A stretch of DNA of 64,000 bases from Octopus sinensis (GCF_006345805.1 NC_043004.1:14694001-14758000), one strand, 5' to 3'. Counted from the first letter of the stretch, positions 28,500 through 41,700 are shown. Translations and numbers: made by a program. The notes: generated by a model not told the origin, from the letters alone.

Positions 28500-29953
28500 T
28501 TAGCAACTTCTGAATATCTCGAAATGATACAAGAGATCACCTTATCCACAACCTCAGAACGTAATGCGGAAGCTGATGTACCCCACACGCGCTATAACCA
28601 GTAGCATCACGCTGATGTCGCACGGTTCGAATAATTGGATGCTAGAAAGGCACAATGGCAGGAATAAAATATTCGAATACTCTTCTAAATGTAACAAGAT
28701 ATATGAAATAGAATAATCCAAAAGCAAATGCAGTTGCTGTAGCATCATCTGGCATTGCTTCCACCATTCGTCCAGAAGGACGAACAGCTCATTCTGCTTT
28801 TAAATTGCCGCTAAATCTGGTCACAAATGATTGTCCAATTTGTAACATAAGCAAAGGTTGAGGTCCAGAAGTGTTGCGCCAATTACACCCGATCATTTGG
28901 GATGAATGCACCATGACACATAGTGTTGCAATGGTAGCTTTTGATAAGATATTACTGGACATAAAAGGCAACAATACATTTATGGAAGGAGTTTCATTAG
29001 TTTTATCAGAAGATTTCGTAGAGACATTACCAGTCATTCCGAGACGAACAAGATCTGAGGGAATAAAAATATCGAATAAGTCTTCACACCTAATGCGTGA
29101 GCTTTATTACATGGGGACTGATGTGCAGAACAGTAGTCAACCAAGCCCCTCCAATCAAGAAATGGGAAAGTACCATTTGATGGGGATGCTGATATCAATT
29201 TCGCTATGTTGCTATCATGGTGAATTCCCCAGCTAAATTGAAGAACAGGATATTTACAGACTTATGTAATAATTATAATTCCCATAAATGGTTGTAGGAG
29301 AGGGCAATTCTTGCTCAAAAAAATAAAACGAGAGAGTAGTAAGGATTAACCTTGAATTCAAGAATAAAACTCCCACTATCATTAACTGGTACAAATCAGT
29401 TGATTCAGCACCTTATAAAAATCAAGTTGTCAGTTACCCAACTGAGTTCCTTAATTCTCTTGACCCATATGGAAATACTCCACAAACTTTTCTGAAGGTA
29501 GAAGTCCTAATAATGCTTCTAAGAAATTTAGATCCTCCTAAATTATGCAATGGAACAGGCTTGATTGTGAATACATTATCAGTTAATGTGAAAGAAGCTA
29601 ACATCATCACTTAATGTGTCTCTGGGGAAGAAGTTTTCATTTCAAGAATTCCAATCAAACCAACAGACATGCCATTTGAATTCAAACGAACACAATTCCC
29701 AGTGCGACTTTCCTTCACAATAACTATTGATAAAGCTCAAAGTCAGGTCAGTCTTTGAAATCGACTGGTTTGCTATTTTCATGGTCAGCTTTATGTTTGT
29801 TGCTCCAGGGCTTTTAGTTTGCAAAACGTATTTGATTATGTCCAAACCAGAAAATAAAGAATGTTGTTTACCCACAAGCTCTTGCGTAATTTCTTTCAGC
29901 ATGTGTGATAGAATGTATCTCCCAACATAAAAGTGGTAAATTTTGTATTTTCG

Positions 29954-29985
<32 letters not shown>

Positions 29986-30166
29986 ATTATTATTATTATT
30001 ATTATTATTATGATTATTATTAATGTATTATAAATTCAGAATTGATTTCCCAATTGAAGAATAAATTGAATTTAGAATGATAAATTTCTATACAGCATAT
30101 CTTGCTTTGTCTTCCAATATATAAGGAACAATTTCGATTCCGGGCAACGCCGGGTGCTTCTGCTAG
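28500..30166 (+). mobile_element. Decayed Helitron 3' portion (PIF1-like helicase + terminus)
   Basis: ASSGIAST..PEGRTAHSAFKLPL, IIWDECTM, LPVIPR, ERAILA, LLRNLDPPKLCNGT, PFEFKRTQFPVRL and HGQLYV in order. Imperfect GC hairpin at 30140-30154, then CTAG|T at 30163-30167. Confidence 0.9.
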
Positions 30167-31413
30167 TAATTAATATAACGGAAACTGTGGTATATAATAA
30201 GAATTATATTAATAAGCATATAAGAATGTCCTTTAATGCAGTGGCGAAAGCTGATTGCGTATTATGAAATGACACACTTGTAGCGAATATGGTCTTTAGA
30301 CGCCCGACAAGATGCCGAGTCTGTCTCGAGTAAAATAAAGGTTCATTAGCGAGAAGTTCTAGAAAAGTCTAAGTGTTATTCAAAGAATTTTCTTCATCAT
30401 AATTAATACACTGCAGAACGTAGTTATTTCTTTGTGCAACGCTCTAAATTTTGAGAGGAAACTATTGTAATCTTATCGAGTGTCTAACGTACGAAGATGA
30501 AATATAATATCAATGAGAATTCAAATATACTTACTATCAAAGAAACTTAGTTTGTAACAGCTGTAGATGCATAACACTTATATTTATAATTAAGTAATTT
30601 GCATGGTGTAATGAATAGCCAGAGTGATCGCACTGTTATCGATATATATTCTTCAATGCAATATTTTATCATGTTTGTAGATCAATAATAGCTATGATAA
30701 GATATTCAGTATAAGCAAGATAAAGCCAAGCTTTTCATGCTGCAAAGTTTTTGCATGTTCCATTAATCATTTTAATTTCAGAGACTTGTCCAATAGCAAT
30801 AATATAATTCTTCTCCATACTTCTAAAAGCATTTACTCTAAGCAATTGCTCCTTAACGGTAATCTTCTTTCGAAATTTCTTATATTTCTTATTTTATTTA
30901 TTAAATGAATCACAAAGACTTATATTTGCTGATGTATTATCGCATTAACATTACATTTTCTCATAATACTCGTACGTTTAAACAACTGAATGGCAGTTTT
31001 TCGTATAAATCTTCAAATGCGCCAAGTTTTTAAAGACAAAATGTTCAGTTATGGCAATTCTTACGTACAAGGCAATTATCTTTCAAGCCAACGATATGAG
31101 CCTTGTTTAATTTAATGAGTATTGTTGAAATAATTTCGAGATAGCAACGGACGTAATCAAAGTACCGATAACCAAACAAATGTAGATATTCATCTCTATT
31201 TCACTTTCAAAATTACGTAAATAACAAACACTTGATTGAAACAGAGAAATCAACAGAAATAGGAGAGTTCGATATCTCTTTCAACTCGTATATTTATGGT
31301 ACTTTATTAATTGGGTTAAATCCCATTACATGCTGTTATTATCTTTTATAAACATATACTTATCTGTATGCATGAAATTTGTTCACACACACACCACACA
31401 CACACACATATAT

Positions 31414-31506
<93 letters not shown>

Positions 31507-32320
31507 ATATATACATATATAGACAGATGGATAGATATATGGATAGATACATAGATAGTACATATATATTCAGCATATGTGTAAATGTGTCCATAAGCTA
31601 AGCATATTGTTGCTTGTAATCCAGTTGTGTTTCAATCAAATCGTTTTACCCGTAAGCGACAAAATCTACTTTGTTTAATTTTTAAAAATATTATATCTTT
31701 AACGAAAATGATTCTATTACTATTCCAAGTTATCGCAGAAGCGTTTAATATGATGTTGATGTATTATCATTCTATGCTTATCATAGAAAAAATTATGATT
31801 TCCAGTTTTCTTAGTCACCGTTGGGTTAGCAATGAATAACTTGGAGAAAGGGTTCGTGATCTTTCTGCTTGCAATAAATTACGCAAGATTACATTCACAC
31901 TGACACTAACAAACGTACGCAGATTCGCATCCCCCACATATACTTATTTGTGTGCATGTGTGTGTGTGTGTGTGTGTGTAGCGAAAATAATATGTTGAGA
32001 TAATATTTTAAAATGTTGGACAAAACTCGAGATGAAATTCTATGAAATTTTCGCAGCAAAATATTACCTGCTGGGTTTTACTTGTGAATTAAACAAATAC
32101 AAAAGCACATCAAATGGAAATTGTCGTTTTACTTCCATTCAACTTTAAAACGTCACCTTACTCTATAAATATAAATGAATGTAAATACAATTTTGATTGA
32201 CGGGTAAAAAAAAACAGAGCCAACAACCACAGATATGCATACATGTAAACAAGTATGAGATGTAAAGATGAAGAATTATCAGCTACTATATATATATATA
32301 TATATAATATATATATATAT

Positions 32321-32396
<76 letters not shown>

Positions 32397-32412
32397 AATA
32401 TATATATATATA

Positions 32413-32444
<32 letters not shown>

Positions 32445-32833
32445 ATATATACATATATGTGTGTGTAAGTATAATAGGTGATAATTATTCGGTAGCCATA
32501 TTATATTATATGTCACAGACTGACAGAGAATCATCGTGACGATTAGTTACTTCATTTTAGTTGATACAAAATCCAGGTTACAATTCTGTCAAACCAAAAA
32601 AAAAAGAAAAAACCACAAAGATATCGAGGAAGCGCAGACATTCGTTGTGTATAGAATACTAAAGTTAAATTTCAATAATACTCAATGCTTGTTGAGATAT
32701 GTTCAAACAAATATGGATGATTGCTACACACCTTATCCACATAATATTTACATACAAGCACTCATATACAAACGCATACATATATGAATACATACATTCA
32801 TACATACGCATACATACGCTCGCCCCACCATAT

Positions 32834-32892
<59 letters not shown>

Positions 32893-33957
32893 CACTGAGG
32901 GATAACAATCCCATGGGTTTGAGTACAGAGCCAATGAGTACCAGTTTGGTCAAGTGTATTCTACTATAGGCTCGGCCTGATCAAAGCCATCTGAGTAGAT
33001 AAAGCAGAGTAACTGAAAGAAGTCCGTCATGCGTGTGCATATATTATATTCATATATGTGTGCGTGCGTGCGTGTTTGCGCATGTGTATGTGTGCGTGTG
33101 TACGTATATGTGCATGTGTGTTTGTACTTTTTCCCTATCACTGCATAACAATCGGTGTTGCTTCTCTTACGTCCTTCTTATCTCGCGGATCGGCAAAAAG
33201 GACCAACAGAATAATTACTAAGCTTAGAAAATACAATAGCTGTGTTCAATTTACTCAACTGTCTGTTGATAATTACAAGTCTTTTATGACAAAACAAAGA
33301 GACCTCAACGTAATATACTCTACACATACATACAGACAGACAATTACACACTAACTCATCTTAATTCAAATAAACAGCACATATTTTAGTAAACTCAAAA
33401 CATTGAAGATCACGACAACACACACGATGACTTATTTGTAAATCTGCCTTACGCAACCTTTTACCCCTAAACTAAGTAGCAGTTCATATGTGGAGTGAAG
33501 CATATGTACAAATTATGTAATCTGGTGCAAAATAACTCAAATGTTTTGTGCGTCTTCAAGAAGCTTTTGAAAATGTGGCATAAATTTCTCAAATATCTAC
33601 TGTATTTGTAGAGCGAGAAAGATATATATATATACATTTATATATCGGTGTGTGTGTGTGTGTATTTACAAATTCTTAGAATTTTTTAAATATTATATAG
33701 ATGTGTGCATCTATGTATGTATAATGTATACCATGGAGAATTTCGTTAATATGGATTGAATGAATATATAAATCGCCCTATGACTTTGTCTTCTCTCTAC
33801 ACCATTAATTTTACTTGTGTGTTTCACTTGCTCTCTCACAAGTTACAACAGATATACATATATAGGGAGAATTCCCCCCAAAACAAAAAAACGAAGACAG
33901 GTGGTGTAGGTAGACAACAAACAGCTGTATTAGTATAACGCTCGGGAAGTGAAAAAG

Positions 33958-33995
33958 TATTTAACGTTTCGAGCCTACGCTCTTCTACAGAAAGG
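33958..33995 (-). ncRNA. Variant minimal hammerhead motif
   Basis: CCUUU-CUGUAGA-A-GAGC(GUAG)GCUC-GAAA-CG-UU-AAA. Perfect stem II and ACGU palindromic stem III, but core A6 is U and stem I has only 3 bp. Confidence 0.55.
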
Positions 33996-34011
33996 AACAC
34001 AGAAAAAAACA

Positions 34012-34046
<35 letters not shown>

Positions 34047-34934
34047 GATATAGAGAGAAAGTAAAAGAGAGTTCGGACATATGAAGAAAAGCACACCTCT
34101 TTTATTCTCCTCTTTCTTTTCGTCCTTCACGTTACAATTTCTCTTTGACTTTTATATTCTATTTGAAGGGTCACGTCCGGAACGTTATAAACTATTAAAT
34201 ATTAAATGTTTCATGTCATCTGGATTTGAGTTTTCTTTTTAGGTTTCTACTAAACACATACACACACACTCACATGTACCTTAATACACATACACACACG
34301 TATATTTATATAGACTATATATTATATATAAATTGTCAATATACATATATAAAGCGTGAACTGAATAATTCAAATGATCATCGATGTATTTGGTTTGTTT
34401 CATACAAAGGAATCCTACAATTTAAAATTCCTTTTGCCATTTATATCACGAACTTTTGTGTATATAAGTCATTAAGTGTAGAATACAAAAGAGAACATAC
34501 AGAAATGCAGAAGAATTTGCATATACGGAAACGTCATCTAGTGCACCTTAAAACGTTATGCAACAATTGGGGGTCAATGCAGATGTTATTTCTTCAGCCT
34601 TAATTCTTTTGGGAACGTCCATATTCAGTCAAGTGATTACGAACATTGCGGTTTATTTCCTCTCTCTCCCTGTAACATACTGTTATCTAAGGCAATATTT
34701 GCAACTGGCAAATGAAATAGTTTCTCTATCTTATGGCATCGATGGACTGGTTTAATTCATATATTTTTAGCCCCCTACACCATTAACCTAGCTTATGTGT
34801 ATTACTTGCTCTCTCACAAGTTACAACAGATATATATATATGCATGTGTGTGTGCGTTGTGTGTGAATGTATATATATTTACATATACACGCATCCCTAT
34901 ATACATACATATATATATATATACATATAAATAA

Positions 34935-35038
<104 letters not shown>

Positions 35039-35060
35039 CAAAAGGATGTTAACAAAATTC

Positions 35061-35166
35061 CTTTACTCTCGACATATGTTTCGAAGACAACATGTTTTCA
35101 TTCCAAAGGAATAAAGGATGCATTATGCAATTTTCTCATCAGGAAAGAAAGGGACCCCCTCTCGAC
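35061..35166 (-). ncRNA. Hammerhead ribozyme with intact core (mirror copy)
   Basis: Same motif on the minus strand: core 35142-35136, GAAA 35082-35079, GUC 35073-35071. One mismatch in stem II. Confidence 0.82.
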
Positions 35167-35359
35167 AACAAGACATTCGAACATTCTTTCGATCAACGTA
35201 CCCTTCCCTCTCCACTTGTTCCCTACCTATTATTCCTTTAACCCTTCTCTTCCTACTATCTATCTTTGACGTCAATTCTTCTAACGGTTTTTTTAAAAAA
35301 CACTCATTATCGTTTTGCTTACCATGTAGGCAGCCATCGAAATTTTAGTTTGTCTTGTT

Positions 35360-35465
35360 GTCGAGAGAGGCTCCCTTTCTTTCCTGATGAGAAGATTGCA
35401 TAATGCACCCTTTATTCCTTTGGAATGAAAACATGTTGTCTTCGAAACATATGTCGAGAGTAAAG
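35360..35465 (+). ncRNA. Hammerhead ribozyme with intact core
   Basis: CUUUC-CUGAUGA(35384-90)-GAAGAU...GUCUUC-GAAA(35444-47)-CAUAUG-UC(35455)-GAGAG. Stem I CUUUC/GAGAG, palindromic stem III ACAUAUGU, canonical GUC site. Confidence 0.85.
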
Positions 35466-35664
35466 GAATTTTGTTAACATCTTCGTTCGACTCCATTCTT
35501 TCATTTATTCATATACAGCACACAAATCTCTGCACATGAACCCGGAGTTTATACCCTTGGACAGGTCGCTTCAACCGTGTTTCTGACGTGAATTTGCTAC
35601 CCAGGTTTCGGTTAAACGAATTTTCCATGCTGACGATAAACATAGGATAATTCATTCACCTATT

Positions 35665-35702
<38 letters not shown>

Positions 35703-35717
35703 CATACATACATACAT

Positions 35718-35790
<73 letters not shown>

Positions 35791-36453
35791 GCCTTTTTCC
35801 ATAATCGCTACCAATAGTAAAAGAAATAATGCGTGATTCTTACAAACATTATTTGTAATATATTATTTCACATGATATTAACATATAATATGAAATTATG
35901 ATTTGGGAAATGTACTACAATCAATTTGACCATAAGAACACTTGTAAACGGAAAAAAAATAAAAGTAATATAATTTAAACAAACAGCATATAGCAGGAAA
36001 ACAAGCTGCAATAAAAAAAAAATATTTACAAATCTTCAACGTGCTAATCAAATTCACCACTGACAGATAAAATAACTATAAAGAGAACGAAAGTGCTAGA
36101 AATGTGTTTTACGAAATATATATTAAATATATTAATTCAAAATAGAGAACTGAAAATAGAAAAGTAAAGTATAGAAAGCACGTTTTCTCAACACGTAAGC
36201 TGCAAAAGTAAACACTTAGGGCAATACCATAATAAATTCGTAAATTAATGAAATTATGACACTAGACAAGCAGAAGACATGAAAATTACTCATCCGAAAT
36301 ATGGAGGAAAGAGACTGCTTACTAAAATATGAATATAGTGGACACCTAAAAATTAATAATCAAATATACGATATTACACTGTTACCACGATGCATCTGAA
36401 GATAACACATAACAAAATATATACGTGTGCGTGTATCTATATATATATATAGT

Positions 36454-36500
<47 letters not shown>

Positions 36501-36516
36501 TATTTATTTATATATA

Positions 36517-36555
<39 letters not shown>

Positions 36556-36689
36556 AATATATGCGTGTGTATATATAGACGTATATATATACATATATAT
36601 ATGTGTGTTTATGTATATGTACGTATTTATGATTTAGATAATTAACTGATATTTTAGATAGAGACGTACATACAATGTCAAAGAGTTTG

Positions 36690-36870
36690 GAGAGAAGAAG
36701 GCCACTGGAGAGGAATAAATAAACAATCTAATAAGCTGCGAGAAGATAAAGAAATGAAGAAGAATCGGCTAAAAGTGGACGCTGGAAGATTCGTGGTTGC
36801 TGCACAAAATCAATATTTACCAACAAGAAAGTAGTTGAAACGTATAGTAAAGCAGAAAAAGCAACAGTGA
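36690..36870 (+). mobile_element. Short R4/Dong-like retrotransposon fragment
   Basis: 36769-36834 reads LKVDAGRFVVAAQNQYLPTRK*, resembling the LK.ETEG...AAQDQ.L.T motif. Confidence 0.4.
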
Positions 36871-36999
36871 AGTTAAAATATTCAGTAGTCAATGAGAAAC
36901 AATAGATCAAATTGTCTCGGACTTCCTAGACATTGTCAAGTACATCCACATATATGATAAATATCATGAGTTAGTTCAATTAATCTTTTGTTAAGCCTA

Positions 37000-39900
37000 G
37001 AAGATTGAATAAAGAAGCGGCGCTCAGAATATAGAATACGTTATTTTATAAAACATCTGAGAATTGGTGGACCAAAGTTATTCGACTGCTGGAACTCATA
37101 TGCAAAGATTTCTTGTTAACATTAATTTATTTAGTTATATCAAGATTGTAAGTTAATGAAAGGAAAGGAAATTCTAATTACAAGGATTTAAATATCAGAA
37201 AATATAACAGAAAATATAATGTAAAACATTATGGTGAATATAAAAAGTCATGTTTGGAAATATATTCGGGCTAAGAGATAACGTCATATATCAAGACCGT
37301 GCTTAACTTCAGAGCTTCCATCAAACAGAAGTTCCATCTTGAACAGAATAGTACACTAAATAAATTCATAACTAAATATCAATGTGAATATAATAGGAAG
37401 AAAGTAAGATTAAATCCTATGTAAAAAAATATGTAGGGTCACAAGGAAACCATAGTTAGTGTGTATCAGACCCCTTCAATTGCTGCTGATATCATTCAGC
37501 CCACTTAAAACCAAACACTGGATAAATTTAATTTTTCTCTTATAAATGAGATTAAACGAACCAATGTCATAAGTTTTGCAGTATGGCCTGATCCATCTAG
37601 TTGAGTTTAGTTTCCGTGACTCAAATATCAAAAGGTACTCAAGCAGGACTACAACTGATAAGGAGATATATTGGGGATTTAAAGTTGCAAAATCGACGCT
37701 AGTTTGAGTTAAGATAATAAGAGGCAAATATGGTTAAATATATGACAATGTCCATAATTTGGTGAGTAGAATGATTGTTTTATAAATATGCTGTCAGATT
37801 TGCAATAGATTAGTTTATTTAACCTTCCCATGGCAAGGAAAATTAACAAAACTTTGGAATTTCTCTTCACAGAAATCCTCTACAGAGACATGACTGTACC
37901 CTGCACTCCAAAGCCAAAATCTTTAATCTGATTGAGATAGAATATACTTATTAGAAAAAAAAATGTCTAATAATAGAACCTTTTTTTTTTTTATAAACTC
38001 ACTAAGAAGCAAGCAAGTACCTAGGTTTATATACAAAAGTTTATGAAAACTTTTTTCTATCTTATAAAGAAACAGTAAAGCAAATGTTAGAAGGCAATTA
38101 TATAGAGGAATATATTTAGATAATTGCAGCACAGCATAACATAAATAAAAAAAATCGAAGTAGAACTCAAACAGGACTGAAACAGAAATAGATAAATTCA
38201 TGCAAGAATCATGGGAAAAGAATTTCTTGGTCAGTAGCTTGCAAAACATGAGGGAAATTTAGTGATGCTAATATAAAATCCAACAATTAATGTAAAAATA
38301 TACACAAAGAGTGTTTAGCTGAATAACATCAATGCATAGCTACAATAACTACCAAAAATGTAGTCTAACAAAACGAGACGGCAATGTGAAATCCAAATTT
38401 GGCAATAAACGTAAAGAATTAACTAGCCGAATCATTTCTTGTTATCGCAGAATCTGAATTTATCTTGAGCCAAGTCCATCCAGGAAACTTTATATATTTG
38501 GTAATAAAGTAAACACTTTCAAACGAAAACTAGCTGTCGCTAAGCTGTGTCACTCTGACATAGCCACAATACTCTCACGTATGTCTCTCCAAACAACCAA
38601 CGCGTTCAAAGCAAATAAATATTAAAAAGTTAAAAGTAAAACCTTTTCTTTACGTAAGATACCATGATCCACGATAACCAATTCATCATCTGGGGAATCT
38701 CTAAAGCCAGTCAAATTAAAACTTCTTTGATACGGAAATAAGAAAGATGTGTCATGAAAGAAGGAAATGCTATCTATAAATATCGAAGCTCACTACTTAA
38801 TCTAAAACACTATAAACTCAGTATCTGACAGCTAGGAATAGGAAACGACATTTATTCTTCGAACGACCATGCATTTACCTAATGGAAAACTAAACCTAGA
38901 AAATAATTTAGAGACGTCCGTGCAAAATAACCCATAATAATGAATAGAACCAATCTAAACCAGAAAACCATTGAACATATTGAACATTAGTTCAAATGTG
39001 CTAAAGTGCGCCTGAAACAATTTTTTGTACATTTTAGAAGCTTCTATGACTGAGAATGTTAAGAACATAGTTACTGGATATTTAGCTATTTACAAGCTTA
39101 ATAAACATTGAGGTGAGCAAAATTGCTTGTATTGTGAAGGTCTCACTAGACGAAGGTGCATTCAGCAGAAACCACAAATACGTCTTAAGAATTGGATGAA
39201 ACCTTTTATGATCGGTTGACAGAGGAATAAAAGACCATCGAGATTGTTATTTACCGAATTTATCGTGTGAAAATACAGTTTGTAGAACATGCATCAATCC
39301 CAGTATTGTAGAGAAATATTCCTTAAATCGTTCAAATATGAAATTCTAAATATATGATGTGTTGATGAATTAAGATTTCGTGACAACATATTTCTCATAA
39401 GGATAATATCGCTAAGAATATAAAAAAAAAGAACAGGGCAGAACAAAATAACTTGAAATCCCCTATAAACTAACCATATGTGGGTATATATTTGCCTTCT
39501 CTTCTTGCTCACTTTCCCTGTATTTTTTTCTCGGCCCTCCTTAATTCTCCTGTCCATCCTCTTCTACTTCTCTCTCTTCTCTTCCCACGTGACCGGCGTT
39601 CGGCCAGGCCTTTTCTTTCTTTCTTGGTCTGGCCGTGGTCCGTGCAACATCGATATTCCTCCCTGTGTTTGTGAAATTTTCTATCCCTGCCGTAAGGCTT
39701 CATTTCCACACACGCCAGCTTAATTTGATTCGTCCTTAGTCGAAAGACACCTGTTGTTATGTCCTGTTATTATTATTTGTATTGTATTTGTGTAACATTG
39801 TCCGTTTTTTCTCGTCCTTGGTTTTGTATACATTCGCTGTTTCCTTCCAAGGAATCTAATGATCTTAGCTTAGCTTTTTCTTGGGTCTGACGAGATTGGA

Positions 39901-40070
39901 GCAATCTCAAGTATAATCAGCTGAAATTGCGAAGATAATCTGGTACTTGACCGAGGAAAGAAAACTTCGAATGACCCGTCCTTATTTTCTTTGTATCGTC
40001 TATCTGGATGGTTTGTTGTCCCATTTTTGCATCACCTAACTGTCCGGATGTTTTGCATTCTTGTCCTATT
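37000..40070 (+). mobile_element. Heavily decayed L1/Tx1-like LINE 3' part with pyrimidine-rich 3' UTR ending at (TA)n
   Basis: KTIEH(IEH)*FKCAKVR at 38964-39011 resembles the ET.EH.F..C zinc-knuckle, and GGPKLFD at about 37065. Boundaries approximate. Confidence 0.45.
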
Positions 40071-40283
40071 GTATATATATATATATGTATGAAACATATA
40101 AATATTTGCCTTACTGCTGCCTAAATTATGAGTAATCTCGTTACAGCTAAATATAAATATTCACAACACAAAACAGAAAACAGACAAATGTCACATATTG
40201 AAAAAGTATGTAGTAAATAACATAACGTTAGAAATGATAATTTTTAAAATCATAGTTCATTCGAAGTTTTGAAACTATAATTG

Positions 40284-40314
<31 letters not shown>

Positions 40315-40321
40315 TATATAT

Positions 40322-40378
<57 letters not shown>

Positions 40379-40727
40379 TGTGTATGTACTTTATATAATA
40401 TATAATATATATAATATTTAATGTATATATATGTACACGTTAAGGGTAATTAGATTAAAATTTTCAATCTACGTAATACTATCAAACTTATTGTGAAACA
40501 TAATATGTTATTATAGACACGAGCGATAAATTCATTAAAAACGAGTTGCAAAATTACATTAACAACTTGAAAATTAACTTATCCAACAAAGAATGAATTT
40601 CTTAAAGAATAAAGAAAAGTTCTTGACAACATGCTTTCTAAAAAGGTATCTCGTGTAAACAGATTTTAAATAGGTTCAAGCTAGGTAACACATGAATATG
40701 AAAATCTAATAAATATATGAATACACA

Positions 40728-40792
<65 letters not shown>

Positions 40793-41109
40793 CACACACA
40801 CACACACACTCAGACACACATCATAAGAAAAATAATTACAATTTATTCTTTTGACATCAGCAACAACAACAACAATACAATAAACTATAATAATATAATG
40901 ATAATGATGCTGGTGATGATAGCAATAATAACAATGGTTTCAAGTTTTGGCACAAGGCCATTGGGAGGGATGACTCGTCGATTACATCAACTCCTGTGCT
41001 CAAATGGTGTTATTTTATCGAACCCGAAATACTGAAATGCAAAGTAGAATTCGGCAGGATCAGAACATCAAGATGGCCGAAAAGCGTTCTACAAGATCAC
41101 CACTTTAGC

Positions 41110-41143
<34 letters not shown>

Positions 41144-41159
41144 ATAGTGATGATGATGT

Positions 41160-41193
<34 letters not shown>

Positions 41194-41309
41194 AATGGAC
41201 TTGCCCGTCGAAGACGACGTATGAGGCTACAGATTTTTCTTGGACGACCAGCACGAAAGATTTATATATAGAAATCAAATACATAAGCTGTACATTAGCT
41301 CACTCTCTC

Positions 41310-41494
41310 CATCAAATACACGTTGTCCCGAGCAGGTGCGCGGTGTTCTACACGTCAGCTGTCGAAGTGATCCCTGACCAATGTCAGATGAAGTGTTTTC
41401 TTCAATAATACGACGCACCGCTCGGTCTAGGAGTTCAAACCACAATATCGCTATCGTTGGTACAACACCCTAACCACTAGGTTATAGACCTCAC
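41310..41494 (-). mobile_element. Diverged tRNA-derived SINE (head B)
   Basis: Reverse complement reads ctagtggttagggtgttg..ttgtggtttgaactcctagacc..aaaacacttcat, matching the 63766 head. Confidence 0.65.
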
Positions 41495-41537
41495 TACAAT
41501 ATTAATAATAATAATAATAATAATAATAAAATAATAA

Positions 41538-41610
<73 letters not shown>

Positions 41611-41654
41611 ATTAATAATAATAGTAAAAATGATCATAATAATAATTCTGCAGA

Positions 41655-41700
<46 letters not shown>

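Larger units (their letters stand above)
35045..35481. repeat. 131-bp inverted repeat (35045-35175 / 35351-35481) with a 175-bp spacer; probable Penelope-type inverted terminal structure
   Basis: Hand alignment gives 4 mismatches in 131 bp. (TA)n tract on the left; about 190 bp of further sequence and then (TA)n on the right. Confidence 0.95.

Noticed and set aside
39880-39935. CUGACGA followed by a GAUUG/CAAUC hairpin
   Set aside because: No GAAA follows the hairpin and there is no stem I or NUH site; it lies within a LINE 3' UTR.
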